DNA of 64,000 nucleotides from Spirochaetia bacterium. GTDB taxonomy: Bacteria > Spirochaetota > Spirochaetia > SZUA-6 > Bin103. The notes beneath the pieces are model-generated. The model was not told the origin of the DNA. It did not search any database and was given only the letters and a program-made list of their open reading frames with translations. The position numbers and the translations under genes are program-made. Of the stretch, positions 60,422 through 64,000 are shown in pieces. Positions within the stretch are counted from its first letter, which is position 1; each line of letters begins with the position of its first letter. The stretch spans positions 1,632,001-1,696,000 of the forward strand of contig CBDAOI010000004.1 in assembly GCA_965198005.1 (NCBI GenBank). The letters run 5' to 3'.

Positions 60422-62394
60422 ATATGGTATATGGCTTGGTGTTGCCCTGGCTGCGGTGGCGTATGCACTGAGAGACTTGTTGGACCCAAGGCTGAGGGGT
60501 GGTGCGGGGCGCTATGGGTTGAGAGAGTGAAACAAGAAGCCTTAAGGAGAGTTGACGACACGGGAGGAGAACTGGATGTGCATGATTACAGGATCTTGAA
60601 AACACGTGGTAGGATGCCCGGGATTCAAGATATCGGCAAGGCAATGAGAAGCAAGAAACATTCTATACTGAGGAGTTGGATTGTGAAAACCAGGATTTTT
60701 GTCGTAGTACTGGCGTTCGCGGTGGTAGCGACCCTTGCTTTTTCCGTCGGTGAGACGGAAGAGGATGTGGCAGCAGAAGAGGTGGAAGAAGGTGTGCCCC
60801 AATATGGTGGCACGCTCACTATTTTCCATGGCAAGCAATATATGGCAGACCCACCAAGCCCGGACATAGCTGATGGTATGTTCCCGTTCCATTGGCTACA
60901 GATCATGCAGGAGAGGCCAATAATTGGCGACTTCGAGAAGTACGGGATCAGGGGCACTGGTGAATTTTCATTTCAGTTGCGTACGTTCATCCCCGAGAAG
61001 TTCATGAAAGGCAACGTGCTCGAAAGTTGGGAGGTTAGTCCCGAGAATATAACCTGGCGCATACGGCCGGGAATAGACTGGCAGGATGTGCCGCACATAA
61101 TGAAAGCCCGGGAACTTACTGCCGAGGATGTTGTCGCTGACGTGAAATACTTCTTGGCGTCTCCGCCAGGGAAGAGTGTCGCGCGGTATATAGGGGACGT
61201 ATATGCCACGGACAGATACACCGCTGTTCTTGAATTCACCAAGTTCGATCTTGGTTGGTACTATCGCCTTGGCTATGAAGACCGCGCCATAATAAGTCCA
61301 CCTGAAACGGAAGGTTCCAAGAAGTGGGAAGATCAGGTTGGCACGGGACCATTCATATTCAAAGAGTATGTCGTTGGTTCTCACATGAGCTTCAAGAGCA
61401 ACCCTGATTGGTGGAAAACGACGATCATCGACGGCGTGGAATATCAAGTACCGTTTGTAGACGAGATAATAAAGCCCATCATTCCCGATGAGGCTACCCA
61501 GATGGCCGCGCTGCGGACGGCGAAGCTTGATTACGTTCATTATGTGCCCGTCAGGCAGTGGGAAAACTTGGACACAACAGCCCCTGAGCTGGTAAGCGCC
61601 AGACTGGTTGCGGAAAGGGGAATGACTGTAGCTTTGAAGACCAGTGAGGCACCTTTTGACGATGTGAACGTACGGCGAGCCTTGATGATTGGCACAGACA
61701 TGAAAGCCTTCGCTGACGCCATGGGTGTGGGACCACTACCGACATACTGGTTCCCAATGTATCCGGGGAATCCCACAGTTTTCACTACACTGGAAGAACT
61801 GCCTTCGGAAACCCGATTGCTGTTTGACTATAACCCGGAACTGGCCAGACAGATGCTGGCAGATGCTGGTTACCCCGATGGCTTTGAGATGGAACATTGG
61901 ACTGCAACCGAAGCCACCGAACTGGATGCAGCGGATCTGCTTAAATACCAGTGGGCTCAGATTGGCGTTGACGTCAAGATAATGGCATCCGACTATATCA
62001 ACTTTGATGATGCCCGAAGGTACAAAAGATACAGTCACAGCGTCATGGACTTCGCTGGGACGGCCAATCCGACTGATGCGCTCGTCCTCCGCGGGGGGAC
62101 GGACCAGCCCCTCAACTACGCTGACTGGTCGGACGAGTATTTTGATGAGATGCTGGCCAAGATAGCCGAAGAGGAAGATTACGTTGAGCGAGACCGCCTA
62201 ATCAAGAAGGCAGCCGCACATATGCTTAATGAGGCTAAGTCCATACCTCTCTACACTGAGCAGGAAGGGCTCTTTTGGTGGCCGTGGGTAAACAATTTCT
62301 ATGGCGAGACCAACCTTGGCGACAATGATAATGAAACCCCCCTGGCCTACGCCTGGATTGACCAGAAGCTGAAGGCAGAGATGGGATACTAGGC
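60422..62394 (+). repeat. Near-identical direct duplication of about 56517-58510 (offset 3884 bp)
   Basis: Identical except for a few substitutions and a deletion of about 20 nt in the permease tail. Confidence 0.95.
60683..62392 (+). CDS. ABC transporter substrate-binding protein (copy B)
   Basis: Differs from copy A by EVEAG->EVEEG in the translations provided. Confidence 0.92.
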   Translation: MKTRIFVVVLAFAVVATLAFSVGETEEDVAAEEVEEGVPQYGGTLTIFHGKQYMADPPSPDIADGMFPFHWLQIMQERPIIGDFEKYGIRGTGEFSFQLRTFIPEKFMKGNVLESWEVSPENITWRIRPGIDWQDVPHIMKARELTAEDVVADVKYFLASPPGKSVARYIGDVYATDRYTAVLEFTKFDLGWYYRLGYEDRAIISPPETEGSKKWEDQVGTGPFIFKEYVVGSHMSFKSNPDWWKTTIIDGVEYQVPFVDEIIKPIIPDEATQMAALRTAKLDYVHYVPVRQWENLDTTAPELVSARLVAERGMTVALKTSEAPFDDVNVRRALMIGTDMKAFADAMGVGPLPTYWFPMYPGNPTVFTTLEELPSETRLLFDYNPELARQMLADAGYPDGFEMEHWTATEATELDAADLLKYQWAQIGVDVKIMASDYINFDDARRYKRYSHSVMDFAGTANPTDALVLRGGTDQPLNYADWSDEYFDEMLAKIAEEEDYVERDRLIKKAAAHMLNEAKSIPLYTEQEGLFWWPWVNNFYGETNLGDNDNETPLAYAWIDQKLKAEMGY

Positions 62395-62431
62395 AATAAC
62401 AGCTAACCTGAGAACCAGAAAGGAATAGAGA

Positions 62432-63487
62432 TTGGGAGAAATACGAGTATCCTATATTGGAATTGGTAATTGCGTAAGCGCCATATTACAGGGAATTGAG
62501 TACTACAAGAATTCCGATGATACTACGGGACTTATGCACGCCGATATTGGTGGTTACAAGGTAACCGACATTGTTCCGGTTGCCGCCTTCGACGTGGATA
62601 AGCATAAAATCGGCCAAGATCTTTCCAAAGCTATTTTTGCCGAGCCCAATAGTGCACTTAGGTTTTCTGATGTCCCGAACCTTGGGGTTAAAGTGATGAT
62701 GGGACCGGTTATGGACGGCGTAACGGAGCATCTATCGCAGAAAGTAACGATAGCGGATGCAGCGGCGGCGGATATTGAAAAGGTGTTTAAACAAACCCAA
62801 ACGGAAGTGGTGGTCAACAATCTGCCTACCGGTGCGGTCGAAGCCTCCGAGTTTTATGCTACGGCAGCAATCAATTCCGGTGCTGCGTTTGTAAATGGGA
62901 TGCCAGCGCTTATCGCAAACGATGAGAGGTTCGCGAATATGGCTAAACGCAAAGGAGTTCCACTAATCGGGGACGATATCAAAAGCCAAATCGGAGGGAC
63001 CATCTTCCACAGAACTTTGTTAAAGCTATTTCTCGATCGTGGGGCTAAGATCCTGAACACATACCAACTCAACGTGGGCGGCAATACCGATTTCTTCAAC
63101 CAGTTGACGAGGAAAGAGTCAAAGCTCTTTACCAAGGGGCAAGCTTACAAGAGCTTGGTTCCTTATGAGTTTGACTTTTGGGGAGGAGCGGCGGGGCATA
63201 TCGAGCACCTACAGGACACCAAACACGCGTGGACAATCCTGGAGGGCAAAGAGTTCGGCGGTAATCCAATAAAAATTATTGCCTGGTTCGAGGTTTCGGA
63301 TAGTCCCAATTATGCAGGCTGTATGGTTGACGGCATTCGGTGTGCCAAGCTGGGATTGGATAGAAACGTCAGCGGAGTCCTCACGTCTGCTGCGGCTTAT
63401 CTGACCAAGTGTCCTCCGGAAAAAATGGACGATAACGAAGCGAAACGGCGGCTCGATGAGTTTATAGAGGGCAAACGAGAGCGTTAG
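62432..63487 (+). CDS. ino1: myo-inositol-1(3)-phosphate synthase
   Basis: GIGNC, AAFDVD..KIG.DL, GDDIKSQIG, YQLNVGGNTDF, DSPN.AG. Confidence 0.9.
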   Translation: MGEIRVSYIGIGNCVSAILQGIEYYKNSDDTTGLMHADIGGYKVTDIVPVAAFDVDKHKIGQDLSKAIFAEPNSALRFSDVPNLGVKVMMGPVMDGVTEHLSQKVTIADAAAADIEKVFKQTQTEVVVNNLPTGAVEASEFYATAAINSGAAFVNGMPALIANDERFANMAKRKGVPLIGDDIKSQIGGTIFHRTLLKLFLDRGAKILNTYQLNVGGNTDFFNQLTRKESKLFTKGQAYKSLVPYEFDFWGGAAGHIEHLQDTKHAWTILEGKEFGGNPIKIIAWFEVSDSPNYAGCMVDGIRCAKLGLDRNVSGVLTSAAAYLTKCPPEKMDDNEAKRRLDEFIEGKRER

Positions 63488-63510
63488 CGCTTGGGATACC
63501 AGGACAAAGA

Positions 63511-64000
63511 ATGAAACCCAATCTGGTTGCAGTCGGGCATTTGATGAAGGAAATGATCAGATTTCCTGGACAAACCCTTGGGCCGGTATTGGGAGGAGCC
63601 GCTGCGTACTATGCAGTTGTCGCCAGCAGGTTAGGGACGAGTACTGGAATTGTCAGCTACATAGGCAAAGATATGCCTAGTGAGCTACTTGATCCCTTAC
63701 ATCAAACCGGGGTTGATGTAAGGGGTATCAGGGTAGAAGGCAATGAAAGCAGATCGAGTGAGCTTCTTTATGACAAGAGGGGTCACAAGACCATGCGGTA
63801 CCCGGCAAAGGGGCAGCCGATCCGTTTTAGGGATATTCCGAATGACTATCTTCAAGCAGATATGATCTATGTTTGTCCTCAGGAATGGGAGGTTTCTCTA
63901 CCCGTTATTGAGCAGCTTTCAAAATCCGGCAGGCGTTTGGCGGTCGAGCTCGGTGGGTATGGGGGCGCTCACTGCAGTTATCATCCAAACAAGGAAGAAG
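63511..64000 (+). CDS. PfkB family carbohydrate kinase (3' truncated by the window edge)
   Basis: Manual translation MKPNLVAVGH..LGGAAAYYAVVASRLG..IGKD..GVDVRG. Confidence 0.8.
   Translation, partial: MKPNLVAVGHLMKEMIRFPGQTLGPVLGGAAAYYAVVASRLGTSTGIVSYIGKDMPSELLDPLHQTGVDVRGIRVEGNESRSSELLYDKRGHKTMRYPAKGQPIRFRDIPNDYLQADMIYVCPQEWEVSLPVIEQLSKSGRRLAVELGGYGGAHCSYHPNKEE

Overview
High-GC bacterial chromosomal window. The signal-peptide style of the family-5 solute-binding proteins (SBPs) and the gene content suggest a free-living or host-associated Spirochaetaceae-like organism; this is inference only. Positions 1-15.8 kb are housekeeping and metabolic genes: GGT, two SDRs, bactofilin, tRNA-Glu, an aldolase, an SPT-like/FabZ/acyl-CoA ligase operon, TlpA, a CAAX protease, comEC, rsmA and dapA/dapB. 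The rest is accessory. It holds five intact and two decayed peptide/nickel-type ABC SBP loci, none with an ATPase gene, and a complete group II intron (20225-22140) with non-canonical termini sitting next to an empty copy of its own target. It also holds coiled-coil repeat membrane proteins, IS110 and ISAs1 remnants, tandem AAA-ATPase/PD-(D/E)XK genes, a lower-GC HATPase-STAS-PIN triad, and a lower-GC island (53-64 kb) with a 2-kb duplication, surE, an inositol-3-phosphate synthase and a PfkB kinase. The most novel-looking signal is non-coding: a conserved leader of about 600 nt in front of the paralogous SBP genes. It consists of a sigma70 promoter, a structured 5' domain, a C/(CA)n tract, a leader peptide M[AT]PKTGYD, and a covarying two-helix switch just upstream of the Shine-Dalgarno. 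All family calls come from motif recognition by eye; no database searches were run.
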